A DNA stretch of 59,660 bases, filler included, from Sphacelaria rigidula (taxonomy: Eukaryota), in NCBI GenBank assembly GCA_964200075.2. It is 8 parts of 8 records of this genome, joined end to end, with 100 filler letters (N's around TTAATTAATTAA, not from the genome) between each part and the next. Parts side by side here need not be neighbours in the genome. Positions count along the whole stretch, not along the records: positions 7,472 to 14,842 come from CAXNAA020015216.1; positions 14,943 to 22,312 come from CAXNAA020015217.1; positions 22,413 to 29,782 come from CAXNAA020015218.1; 5 more parts are not named here. One strand, written 5' to 3'. Shown here in pieces: positions 11,359 to 23,573 of this stretch (the stretch's first letter is position 1; each line of letters starts with the position of its first letter). The notes below the pieces were generated by a model, which had not been told where the DNA came from, ran no database searches, and saw only the letters and a program-made list of their open reading frames with translations. Both the position numbers and the translations under genes were made by a program.

Positions 11359-14300
11359 ATTGGGTACGTTAACGGGTTAGTTCGCACTTAAATCGTCACT
11401 CTGAGATGGCTGATCAAGACAGTACGGTTGGAGAATTAAAGGCGCTGCCTGAGGCACAGACGAGGATCTTGAATTAAAGCCTGTCGTGCACCGAGACTAC
11501 TCAGGAGAAAACAAGCGGACAAATACAAGGATATGTCGGTGGAGACCAGCCATCATATCTTGATGGTGCTGGGACCTGGGAGTGGGCAAGGTCCGCTTCC
11601 GGTCGTAGAGGTGGGGTCGTCATCGATAACCTGTTGCCAGCTGTCCGTGAGGTTCGGACTGCAGGAGGTAGCAATCTTGCAATAGCATCTAGGGAAATAA
11701 GCAGCATCAAAACTGCTGTCCCCGAGCTAGGAAGTACTATTGAGTTCCCGTTATGGAAAAGACGCTTCGAGAGTTTTGCTTCATCCAATGATTGTACGCA
11801 GGCTTTGATGACAGAGGTTATTGGCATGCACGTAGGTGACCCCTCGGTTACTTCCCGGTTTTTGCTCGACCAAGGTTTTCGTGAGACAAGCATGAGACGA
11901 GCACGTATGGCTGGGACGTGTTTGACTGACAACATCACGGACCGTCAAATATCAAGTAGGGTATTTGACACAAGCTCTCCGAGTGCAGGTTGGCGTTTCC
12001 CTTGTAATTGGTTTCTATCGAGAACCCTCTCCAGAACGTCGAAGCGCAAACGCCTTTTCAACGGATTGCGGATGGAGAAGAAGGAAGATCCGACTGAGTT
12101 TTTCACTCGCGTAGACAAGATTGCAGGTGTACTAGTACCATTAGGGGTACATATATATATATATATGCCATTTTTTGTCGCACTTTGAACCCCTCCCCTT
12201 CCTCGTGACGAGTTCGCGGGCTCAAGGGATCATCCCATCTCTCCCCCGGTACCTGTAGAAGATGTTAACCTGAAGATAGTAGAGGAACTCCCAACCGACT
12301 ACGGGTACGAGTAGGGTACAGTCTTGCAAAGAGAGAACATCACCCGAGTAAAGATAGAGACGAGTGTAAGATAGAGATACACGCTCATGTCTAGGAATGG
12401 TGCGAAGAACCGTAACGTAGGCCAAGCTCTCGTTACGAGCAAGCCCACCCGCCGAAGTCGCGGCCGGCCGAGATGGCGCTAAAGGTGGTAAGAGTGTTTC
12501 CAGAGGTACTATAGCGGGCAAGCACAACCAAAATATTGATACGAAAAACGAACGAAAGAAGTACGACGACATGCAAAATAAGCGTCACCGCTGCTTATGG
12601 CCAGGGCGTCGATGGTTCGGCTGTACCGCACACGCCATCATCCCAGTCGCGAAGAACTCACAGGGCGGTCCCAGTGATGTGACAGCGTGTTTGTCGATTG
12701 GTACGTGAAGTAACAAGAATATGGTGAGAGAGCGCGATAAAAGTAAGGATAGTACTGAAATGTGGATGGCTGATAGTGGTGCGACGTTTTATATGGCTTA
12801 ATCAGCTGACTTGCTCCGCGACGTGCAACAACCAGAGGATAAGGTTAACATCGGCAATAACACCTTCATCAACGTTGATGGTTATGGGTCGTTGACTGTA
12901 GTTTTCCCCTACAAGGCAGGGGGGATAACAATAAGGCTTGATAAGGTGGCATGCGTACCCGATTTGGCTTTCAACCGTTTTTCATTAGTGGCTGCGCACA
13001 GACGAGGAGTACGTTTCACAGCTCATGACTCGGATATGAGAGTGACTCTGCTGGATGAATGTCTTAGGTTTTGGCGTGGTGGATCTGAATGCGCAATCTA
13101 CGGTAAAAGGATTGACCCTGATGATGATTTCATCCCCTCTCCCTTGTTGGCTCCCGAGCCTGTCGAGAATTTACTGCAACCTGACCACCCTGTTCCCCTG
13201 GCGTCCTCTGTGATAGCCCACGGTAGTGCTGACTCACGTGAGACTAGCATCAACATTTTCCACTGCGTGCGGGGACATGCCAGTGAGTTTCTGTCAAGAG
13301 AGACAGCCAAATCGCTAGGTACAGAGTTACTGGGTGACTTGAGACCGTGTACAGGATGTTCTATGACGAAGGGGTACCGGACGCCGATCGCAGACAGCAC
13401 GAAATCTCGTGCTTCGCAAAAGCCAGGAAGAGTCTTTGCTGATCTTAGTAGTCCTACGAGAACTCCTTCATTGCTAGGGGAGAAATACGTGATGATGGCG
13501 TAGGACGACGTCACCCGGTACGCACGGGTATACTTTCTCAAGCACAAGTCTGTAACAGCATATTGAAGAAATTTTTGGCTGATGTACGTGCGGATGGTGT
13601 ACCTTCGGACGTAATAGTAGTTAGGTCTGATGACGGAGGAGAGTTTTTGCCATAATTATGAAGACGTGTGTAGGCACTACTGTATGAAGCAGGAATTCAC
13701 CTGCGCGAAGTGTCCGGAATTGAACGGCGTCGCCGATTGAGCTCTAGGTATCATTTACAACGCCGCACTTGTCGCTCGCATCCAAACCCCCATCCTATTT
13801 TCACATGTCGATCTGCTACCATCGGAAACACTCTAGACTGGGGTAATATATTGGGCGTGTGACGCCCTGAATCACACCGCGACGACGTCCAACCCAGGTA
13901 ACAAGTCACCGTACGATATGTGGCACGGTAAGACAGCACCTGCATCACCACACCCGTTTCTTCGTCCGAGCTATTGTCGCTGGAATCGACCGTCAAAGTC
14001 GTCCCCCAATTGCGAGAGTAACTTTTTCTACCTTGGATCCGGCATCGAGCACCACCGCGATTCATTGCGGATGCTGACGCAGGCGAACAATGTAGTGGGG
14101 ATGAGGAGCATCACCTGGGAGGCACCTCCGGTCATGGTGGTGCTGCCGGTACAACTGCAGCAGCCAGCTTCGCCGAAGCTGGCAGGGACGTCGGAGCTGG
14201 GAGGGACGTGATAGCCGAGAGGAAAGCCACCGCCGAGAGTGATGTCGGAACTGGGACAGACTCCAGAGCCGGGGGGGTCTAGTTGACTTCGATTCTGCCC

Positions 14301-14770
14301 CACCGACTCCATTACCGCTACTGGGGAGACAAATCCCCCATCAGCGTGGAGTGATATCTCGGACGAAGAGTACAGACGATGGTGGTGAAGGTGGGGGGGG
14401 TTCTCTTGGCAATGAAAACTAGCCAGCCCTCGATAGCACAACTGTTTCTTCAGGTGTGTACTTGCCATCGGTGAGTAGTGAGCCGTCTGCCGACGGTGAC
14501 CTCTCAGTCCAGGTGAGCGATTCGTCTTCATCGGACAAAAGTGTTCCACTTCCAACGGCAGCGCGGACTGCGGCGCACCAACTGGAGTGACGTCTGGTTG
14601 GATCTGGAAATGGCGAGGAGCTTGGTCGAACCGGAGCGCAAACGCGAGCGCTCAGTCAAGGAGTAGCTAGTCGTGTGACTATGTGAGGACCCGATGGGGA
14701 AATATAACCCATAGGCTGCTGGCGGTACAGGAGGTTACCCGTAAGCCAGGAGAGCTATCTAGAGAGTCAT
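11089..14770 (+). mobile_element. Decayed Ty1/Copia LTR retrotransposon (putative 5' LTR, gag, protease, integrase; RT not present)
   Basis: gag-like FPLWKRRFESFASSND (ORF 11634-12188); aspartic protease WMADSGATFYM (~12763-12795); pre-integrase H..H/CTGC and integrase core RVFADLSSP, DDVTRYARVYFLKHKS, VRSDDGGEF, PELNGVA (13250-13740) with stops and frameshifts. The PR-IN order is Copia-type. TG...CA-bounded segment at 11089-11358. Confidence 0.9.
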
Positions 14771-14942
14771 CCTACGATAGGGGGTGTATTGATGATCATG
14801 CATGCCATAGTCATAAGACCATTGACCTCGCATCCCTACAAANNNNNNNNNNNNNNNNNNNNNNNNNNNNNNNNNNNNNNNNNNNNTTAATTAATTAANN
14901 NNNNNNNNNNNNNNNNNNNNNNNNNNNNNNNNNNNNNNNNNN

Positions 14943-17467
14943 TGTCGCGTCCTTCTGCTCTGTCGTTCTTCTGTTGGGGTGTATTTTGTCTGGTGGGGGG
15001 GGTTATGGGTAAGCGTACATGCCACAATGTGGTCGTTTTCATGAGGCACTAAACCCAGCTGGGCCGTGGAAGGAAAGAAGGAGCTATCGTCATCCGTTGC
15101 GCCCATCCTGCCTTTCAGAACACCGTAAAAAATTATGTAGTAGCCGGGGACGAAGAAGCAATGTATATGCAGCTGGTCTCGGTAGCTGCGAACTGTCCAG
15201 GACGTACAAGGGAGTAGGTAGCGGCCGCTGCTGCTGCAGTCGGAGAGGCGTACTGCACTGCACTGCACTGCATGTATGTGCGCCGTGACGCCCACCCTCC
15301 GAAGAGAATTTTCCGCTTGCAACAAAGAGGGAAATCGCGGCCCACCCCGACCACGAAGGGCTGTGCGGCGAATTGATGGGGACGGTATTATCATCCGAAG
15401 CCACAAGTGGCGGATGGCCCGCCGGTCGCCACATCCTGTTGAAAGCTCTCTACGGCGACCCATAATGCTTGTTACATCAGATGTACATGACCTAATGCGC
15501 ACCCCACCCGAGTTACAGTTTGTACCTGTGTTGTGTGCGTGTTGTCGTTCTATCTATTCTGGACGACGATCTACACCTTTCGGTATATGTTAGCGCACCA
15601 GCCAGGGTCACGCAGGAGGAGGGCCAGCACAGGAGTTTCTTTCTTGGGTTATGGCCTAGAAAAGGTATACCTTCTCGTTTTTTGCCCAAGAGCGGTACGA
15701 AAAATCGCCATAAACGCGATAACAGCAAAACACGCCATTTAGACCGTTTTCGCTCCGAATTGTTCACGCACAGCAATCGGGAGGGCCCTTGACACCCGGG
15801 CCTCGAAAAAAATAACGGAAGTATAAACATGTTATTCGCGATATATGGCCACGCGAAAACGTACGTCTCGACTCCAGAAACCGCTTCCCCTTTCTAGGCC
15901 AAACATTCACTTGGTTTACCTGATTCAGGAATCACTTTTCAGTCGTACCTCATCTGGGTCACCGATCGGCCGAGAACGTACCTCTGCTAGACCATCTCTT
16001 TCTACACTGTACCTGATGCGGCACAGCGCACACAAGGGAGTTTCACGCCGACTCCAACCATGGCGCCCACACGTTCGACTCTTTTCCCACTCATTTGCAG
16101 TTCACGGATGCTACAAGGACCACGCCCCTTCCTCCCCGAAAATGGTCCCTGAGTCTCCCCGCGTCGGTCATTTGTGATGCGGGGGGTTGTAAACACCGTA
16201 CTGCTGCGATCTCGGGGCTGGTGTCAGGGTCAAGCTAGGCTCTTCTGTCACAAACCGGCGGTTGTCGCATCAAACATCGATGCTTGGTTCAAGCAACGGA
16301 TACAGTACTGGCCGTCACGCATATAGAAATAGGGACAGAATAGTGGTAGCGTTCAGCACTGCAGCGCAGAGTGCGCTCAGCGCAAGAACACTCGCGGAAC
16401 ACATCCATCGCGTCTATCGGGTCCGTGCATAGCAATCACCAACGGCCAGTGAGAAATTCGGATTTCGTCCGCGAAAGATACTGTAGTGCTGAACGCACTC
16501 AACAGTGGATCCTGGAAAATGGCGTCGATCTCAAAAATGAGGTTCAAGTGGCATATCTGTTTTGTAGGGATGACGAGAAATAGTTACACAGAACGAAGCC
16601 ATATTTCCCCCCAAAACTCTGCAGCAGTGAATCAGTTGTGGCTTGGTGCACCGAACGAATGCGGTGTACACGCGTGTCGATGACGATATCACCAGAGAGA
16701 GAAGCAACGACAGAGAGGAAGCTCTTCGCCCGTGTCCTTTGTGTGTCCTCGCTCGGCGATTACCAACCGCTCGAGAGACTGGCATGATGCATGTTATCAG
16801 CATGTACCCAATTTCTTATGTGCCAGTAGGCATGTTATTATGTTGGTGCCCACAGCCGCCCAGAGAACATCGAGCTGCGGAGAGGTTTCGTCTCTTCTTG
16901 TCTGTGGAGCTCACCAATGCGAAGATCGATTTCTCTCTGCCTCTAATTTTGGACAGGACGCGCCTCTGTGCGCTGAAAAACATGTTGAAAAACAGGGCAA
17001 TGTTCCCGTCACCGCTACTACTGTTGTCTGTCACATACATGCCAGCAAGGACGGTGCGCTGCGGCAATAATAACAGATCCAGCTTGAGCTTGGGGGGTGT
17101 TATTCATCGTTGACTTTACCCGACATGACATAGGTGACTATCCAGGTGCCCGCGCACAAGAGCCTGCTACAGGCCGGTTGGGGTGTGTATGTGTGAGAGA
17201 TCAAACACTTGTGGAGATCTTCTTGACATGCGGAGTGAAAAGAGATACCAATGGTGGTGATCTAACTGTCGCTATCGTGGTGCAGAGGGGTGCGACAATG
17301 CTGCGAGCTGGAGCTTTCGTTGCTCTACTCGACTGACTCCCGTCTGGAGAGAGGCCACCCACCGTAACAACATGTTACGTGCCGAAGTTTGGAACAGCTA
17401 TAGAAACGAAACAGTTCAATTTTCTAAACTGCGTCCACATGATTGAAATGCCTCTTCTTACCTGAGG
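14943..17467 (+). repeat. Left arm of 2525-bp inverted repeat spanning contig 3
   Basis: Reverse complement of 19788-22312 (paired coordinates sum to 37255; all ORFs are mirrored). One mismatch seen, at 17261/19994. Confidence 0.97.
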
Positions 17468-17472
17468 AAGTG

Positions 17473-19510
17473 TTATGGGCGCGCCTGACCCCCTTAAATG
17501 AGCCCAGAAAGTGTCACCGACCAAAAGCACGAACAGACCGGAGATGACGTTCATCCTCTGAAAATGCACGCCGCAAAATCTCTCAAAGTACTTGTGATTC
17601 GAGTAGGGTTTCCTTTCCACTATTGATAAGTTTTCTTGTTCCGGAGGACGAACCACGGCGTGGCTCGGCTACTCACCGGTATGTATTTGTCCTAGCTACA
17701 ATTGCACGGGTTTGTTTTACCCAAGACCTTACGGTAATCGAGAAAATCGCAAAAAACCTATGTTTTTTTCACAAAATTTGTTATAAAACTCGCATCCTGA
17801 TGAAATAAAAAAATCCAACCGGTATAATTGTAGCTGTCGTCTTGGCGCAGATGATGCAAAAAGTGGCATCCCAATCGTTGGCCGTGGCGATGAGTATTCT
17901 CATAGACAGATTGGGCTGTGATCGTAAACACGCACCCCCAACCCTCGCCGGTCTCCACAAAACGCGAAACCCTCACCCCTTTGTAACGGCCTCGGAATAG
18001 ATGACACCCATGAATGACTCGTGATAGTGCAGATGGTTGATACATCGGATACAGTATGTGCATGTTGCAGAATTTCAACCTTCGATCAAGCCCCCAGGAG
18101 CAAGAATTATCTTCGCGACCTCGCAGCAGCGGGGAGAACAAATTATAACACTGCGAAGGCATACCGAGAACCATCGGGCAAGGCGGGTGCAACGTGCTTC
18201 GTAGGCGAAGGGTGCGTTGCCAGACCTCGAATCGGCGCCCCAGGCGCCAATTCAAACAAGAACACGTTCAGGGACGCTAGTAGGATGCCAGGAGCACAGC
18301 TCCCATGAAAGATCCGGATTTCGGTTTCTACACCAAGATCAAGATTGACCGACTCACGCTCCCGAATGGGAAAGTATACTGCGCCAAGACGACACAAAGT
18401 CGTTGGCTCACTTTCGCTGACGCCGCATGGCACCGAAGCCCCAATCATGTCTTTCAGAGGACCCACCCATCTTAAGACACGCATCTGTTGTATCGGCAAT
18501 GTTGGGTGACGGACGGCCGTTTGTTTTCATTCCGTCTTGCAAAACAACATCTTTGGAGTCCGATGAGCCCCTAGACCGCGAGGGTAGTCCATCTGGACCA
18601 TGCATACTTTTTTCAAGTGGAAAATGATGCCGATTCAGCAGACCAAACCGTCGCGGTCAAAGAGCTAATGAATAATATATTCATCAAATGAAAAGCCATG
18701 CCCACGGAAGAACAAACACACTTCGAAACGCGAGTCATTCGTCCGACAAAGGTCGTGGAATCATGGCAGCCGATAAATCAAGCTCCTCAGACCATGACGA
18801 GGTGGTGGATCAACACCCGCCCAGCCCACATTACACACCCGGTGACTATTTGTGCCCCACTCGTCCGTGTTAGGGCCGGCCTCGCTGAAGTTCATCAGTA
18901 CATCTGGCTTTGTCGCATGTTGAGCACATCATGTTCCCCCAACTTTGATCCGCCCAAAAATGGTTCAGCGTCCTGGTTTCACTTACCGGCGTTGGGCTAC
19001 AAATGTTCACGGTTGATATTACGTGATTTGAGTGCGTACAACGAGAATTGGAATTTTAGTAGGGCTGACGATCACGTGTACTCCTCGGGTGCGCACAACG
19101 TGTTTTTGTTGAAATCTGCACCACAGAAGCCGATTTGGGGTCTACCACAGCCTCACTGTTTTCAGGGAATGTATGTACCGCCCTTTCCGAGTGTTCTCGG
19201 TGTGCGTTGGGTTGATTCAACCCAATCAGCCTCCTTGCATGCCAGGGTATCGCAAGCGTCGACGAAAGGTGACGCAGTGGCATGTAATATATGAAGACAA
19301 CGGAAATAACGGTAGGGTTCTGGTTTTAGACGGCAGTCCACTTTTTTTCGATATGAATTTTGGATCCATGCCATTCTCTTCCGATGACGTGAGGCGCATT
19401 GTACTCCACGAGCCTGGAAAAGCCCCAGAAGTCGGTTTGTTCGTGTCTGTTCGTGCTTTTGGTCGGTGACACTTTTTGGGCTCATTTTGGGGGGTCAGGC
19501 GCGCCCATAA
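17473..19510. mobile_element. Candidate TIR-bounded element inside the palindrome spacer
   Basis: 17473-17538 and 19445-19510 are 66-bp inverted repeats (63/66 identical) enclosing decayed coding-like frames. Confidence 0.4.
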
Positions 19511-19787
19511 ATGTGGCATCCCCGTTCCCCCGCCAGTTAAGACAGAACAACGACAGAGTTTTTGCGAGTGCATGTAAAATCCACGACGGAGCAGGGAGTT
19601 TCTCTTGTATGAAAATCCCGGTTTTCCTACCTGCAAACCGTTTTATGTCCGTTGCTTTTTGGAAGAACATTTAACTGTCGTTTTCTGTTCGGTTCTGCAC
19701 TGATTGGGGTATGTCAATGGAAGCAAAGTTTGATTCTGCTGTTCACCTATATTATGACCGTTGGCCTGACCCGAAGCGGCGACTTTC

Positions 19788-22312
19788 CCTCAGGTAAGAA
19801 GAGGCATTTCAATCATGTGGACGCAGTTTAGAAAATTGAACTGTTTCGTTTCTATAGCTGTTCCAAACTTCGGCACGTAACATGTTGTTACGGTGGGTGG
19901 CCTCTCTCCAGACGGGAGTCAGTCGAGTAGAGCAACGAAAGCTCCAGCTCGCAGCATTGTCGCACCCCTCTGCACCACGATAGCGACAGTTAGGTCACCA
20001 CCATTGGTATCTCTTTTCACTCCGCATGTCAAGAAGATCTCCACAAGTGTTTGATCTCTCACACATACACACCCCAACCGGCCTGTAGCAGGCTCTTGTG
20101 CGCGGGCACCTGGATAGTCACCTATGTCATGTCGGGTAAAGTCAACGATGAATAACACCCCCCAAGCTCAAGCTGGATCTGTTATTATTGCCGCAGCGCA
20201 CCGTCCTTGCTGGCATGTATGTGACAGACAACAGTAGTAGCGGTGACGGGAACATTGCCCTGTTTTTCAACATGTTTTTCAGCGCACAGAGGCGCGTCCT
20301 GTCCAAAATTAGAGGCAGAGAGAAATCGATCTTCGCATTGGTGAGCTCCACAGACAAGAAGAGACGAAACCTCTCCGCAGCTCGATGTTCTCTGGGCGGC
20401 TGTGGGCACCAACATAATAACATGCCTACTGGCACATAAGAAATTGGGTACATGCTGATAACATGCATCATGCCAGTCTCTCGAGCGGTTGGTAATCGCC
20501 GAGCGAGGACACACAAAGGACACGGGCGAAGAGCTTCCTCTCTGTCGTTGCTTCTCTCTCTGGTGATATCGTCATCGACACGCGTGTACACCGCATTCGT
20601 TCGGTGCACCAAGCCACAACTGATTCACTGCTGCAGAGTTTTGGGGGGAAATATGGCTTCGTTCTGTGTAACTATTTCTCGTCATCCCTACAAAACAGAT
20701 ATGCCACTTGAACCTCATTTTTGAGATCGACGCCATTTTCCAGGATCCACTGTTGAGTGCGTTCAGCACTACAGTATCTTTCGCGGACGAAATCCGAATT
20801 TCTCACTGGCCGTTGGTGATTGCTATGCACGGACCCGATAGACGCGATGGATGTGTTCCGCGAGTGTTCTTGCGCTGAGCGCACTCTGCGCTGCAGTGCT
20901 GAACGCTACCACTATTCTGTCCCTATTTCTATATGCGTGACGGCCAGTACTGTATCCGTTGCTTGAACCAAGCATCGATGTTTGATGCGACAACCGCCGG
21001 TTTGTGACAGAAGAGCCTAGCTTGACCCTGACACCAGCCCCGAGATCGCAGCAGTACGGTGTTTACAACCCCCCGCATCACAAATGACCGACGCGGGGAG
21101 ACTCAGGGACCATTTTCGGGGAGGAAGGGGCGTGGTCCTTGTAGCATCCGTGAACTGCAAATGAGTGGGAAAAGAGTCGAACGTGTGGGCGCCATGGTTG
21201 GAGTCGGCGTGAAACTCCCTTGTGTGCGCTGTGCCGCATCAGGTACAGTGTAGAAAGAGATGGTCTAGCAGAGGTACGTTCTCGGCCGATCGGTGACCCA
21301 GATGAGGTACGACTGAAAAGTGATTCCTGAATCAGGTAAACCAAGTGAATGTTTGGCCTAGAAAGGGGAAGCGGTTTCTGGAGTCGAGACGTACGTTTTC
21401 GCGTGGCCATATATCGCGAATAACATGTTTATACTTCCGTTATTTTTTTCGAGGCCCGGGTGTCAAGGGCCCTCCCGATTGCTGTGCGTGAACAATTCGG
21501 AGCGAAAACGGTCTAAATGGCGTGTTTTGCTGTTATCGCGTTTATGGCGATTTTTCGTACCGCTCTTGGGCAAAAAACGAGAAGGTATACCTTTTCTAGG
21601 CCATAACCCAAGAAAGAAACTCCTGTGCTGGCCCTCCTCCTGCGTGACCCTGGCTGGTGCGCTAACATATACCGAAAGGTGTAGATCGTCGTCCAGAATA
21701 GATAGAACGACAACACGCACACAACACAGGTACAAACTGTAACTCGGGTGGGGTGCGCATTAGGTCATGTACATCTGATGTAACAAGCATTATGGGTCGC
21801 CGTAGAGAGCTTTCAACAGGATGTGGCGACCGGCGGGCCATCCGCCACTTGTGGCTTCGGATGATAATACCGTCCCCATCAATTCGCCGCACAGCCCTTC
21901 GTGGTCGGGGTGGGCCGCGATTTCCCTCTTTGTTGCAAGCGGAAAATTCTCTTCGGAGGGTGGGCGTCACGGCGCACATACATGCAGTGCAGTGCAGTGC
22001 AGTACGCCTCTCCGACTGCAGCAGCAGCGGCCGCTACCTACTCCCTTGTACGTCCTGGACAGTTCGCAGCTACCGAGACCAGCTGCATATACATTGCTTC
22101 TTCGTCCCCGGCTACTACATAATTTTTTACGGTGTTCTGAAAGGCAGGATGGGCGCAACGGATGACGATAGCTCCTTCTTTCCTTCCACGGCCCAGCTGG
22201 GTTTAGTGCCTCATGAAAACGACCACATTGTGGCATGTACGCTTACCCATAACCCCCCCCACCAGACAAAATACACCCCAACAGAAGAACGACAGAGCAG
22301 AAGGACGCGACA
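19788..22312 (-). repeat. Right arm of 2525-bp inverted repeat spanning contig 3
   Basis: Mirror of 14943-17467. Confidence 0.97.
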
Positions 22313-23573
22313 NNNNNNNNNNNNNNNNNNNNNNNNNNNNNNNNNNNNNNNNNNNNTTAATTAATTAANNNNNNNNNNNNNNNNNNNNNNNNNNNNNNNN
22401 NNNNNNNNNNNNAATGGTTAAATGACTAAGGCAAGCAAAAAATGAGGACGCCCCCCCCCCCCCCGTCATTTAGGGTTGGCGTCGGTTGGCAACGACGCTG
22501 TAAAGTACGTCAACTCACGGCGTGAGGTGGACAACCATGTCACCGGTCTTCTCGCGGTAATCATGATGGTGGTCGAGCTAGATCATGTTGTGCAGGGGTG
22601 GGAGAACCTCAATTCCGCGCAAAAGGAATCATCATCCCACGTGGTGTTTATATGGTGAGACACCCATGAGGCAGTGTATAACCCGTGGCGGTCTATGGAA
22701 GCGGCGACACCAGAAAATGAAGCAACTAATTGAAGGCTGTCATCCATATGCAAGATAATCAGTACACTTCGAGTCGAACAATTTTAGCAGGATGCAGCTG
22801 ATCTTTCATGCGACTCGCTGAGCACACAAAGGCGCTCCGCGCTCGGTGTTTGATTGTGAGTCTGGTCCGGCGAAAACCCGATGTACTCCGTCCTGGCTTT
22901 GTAGGGATGCGAAGTCAATGATCGTATGGCTACGGTGTGCAAGATCATGAGTACACAAACCTCGAGGACTCAGTGCTCGAGCGCCGTTAAACAGCCTCCC
23001 CACGGATCTTGAATCGTTGTTGTAAGATCAAAGTCATACTGGGCTGCTTTTATTCAAGATTTCACGCATATGTCGAGGAGTGCGCGCCCGCTCCCTAGGA
23101 GATAAAACAGGACGATTCTACATCATTTCAGGGTGGCTCGTACCCATAACCCTCAGGAAGCGTAGACCACAACCCCGTTTGGTCCGACACGGGGACGTGG
23201 GGAGAGAAGGGAGATGCTACGTAGATCAGTGTTATCATTCACCATATTGCAGATAGTAAGTTATTATCCCAAAAAAAACTACCCGAGCTGTCGGCACGAC
23301 CTGGGCTGTTGAGCAACCGCAAGGCATATCGGTATAACAAACTCAAGTCAATGGCACGCAACAAATATCGGGGCGCTCCGCGGACAGAAATCAAGCAAGC
23401 AAGCAGTAATGATGATCACTCAATCAATCAATGTCCTCCTCGTAATTTTAATAAACCTTCGTACCTTTGCTCTTTGGTGTTTTGTGATTTTGCCGTATTT
23501 CCTGAAACCTTGTATCAGCTTATCGTCTAAAAGCTTTTTTTTTTTTTCTCTTATTTTTTCTCGTTTTCATCAG

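Noticed and set aside
14891-15502. 203-aa ORF (and mirror 21753-22364)
   Set aside because: It runs into the N linker, has no recognisable domain, and is duplicated only because of the palindrome.
16371-17336. Ankyrin-repeat gene in the palindrome arms (WILENGVDL, LVEIFLTCG, MLRAGA)
   Set aside because: Only faint resemblance; I could not build a phase-consistent exon chain or find TPLH motifs.
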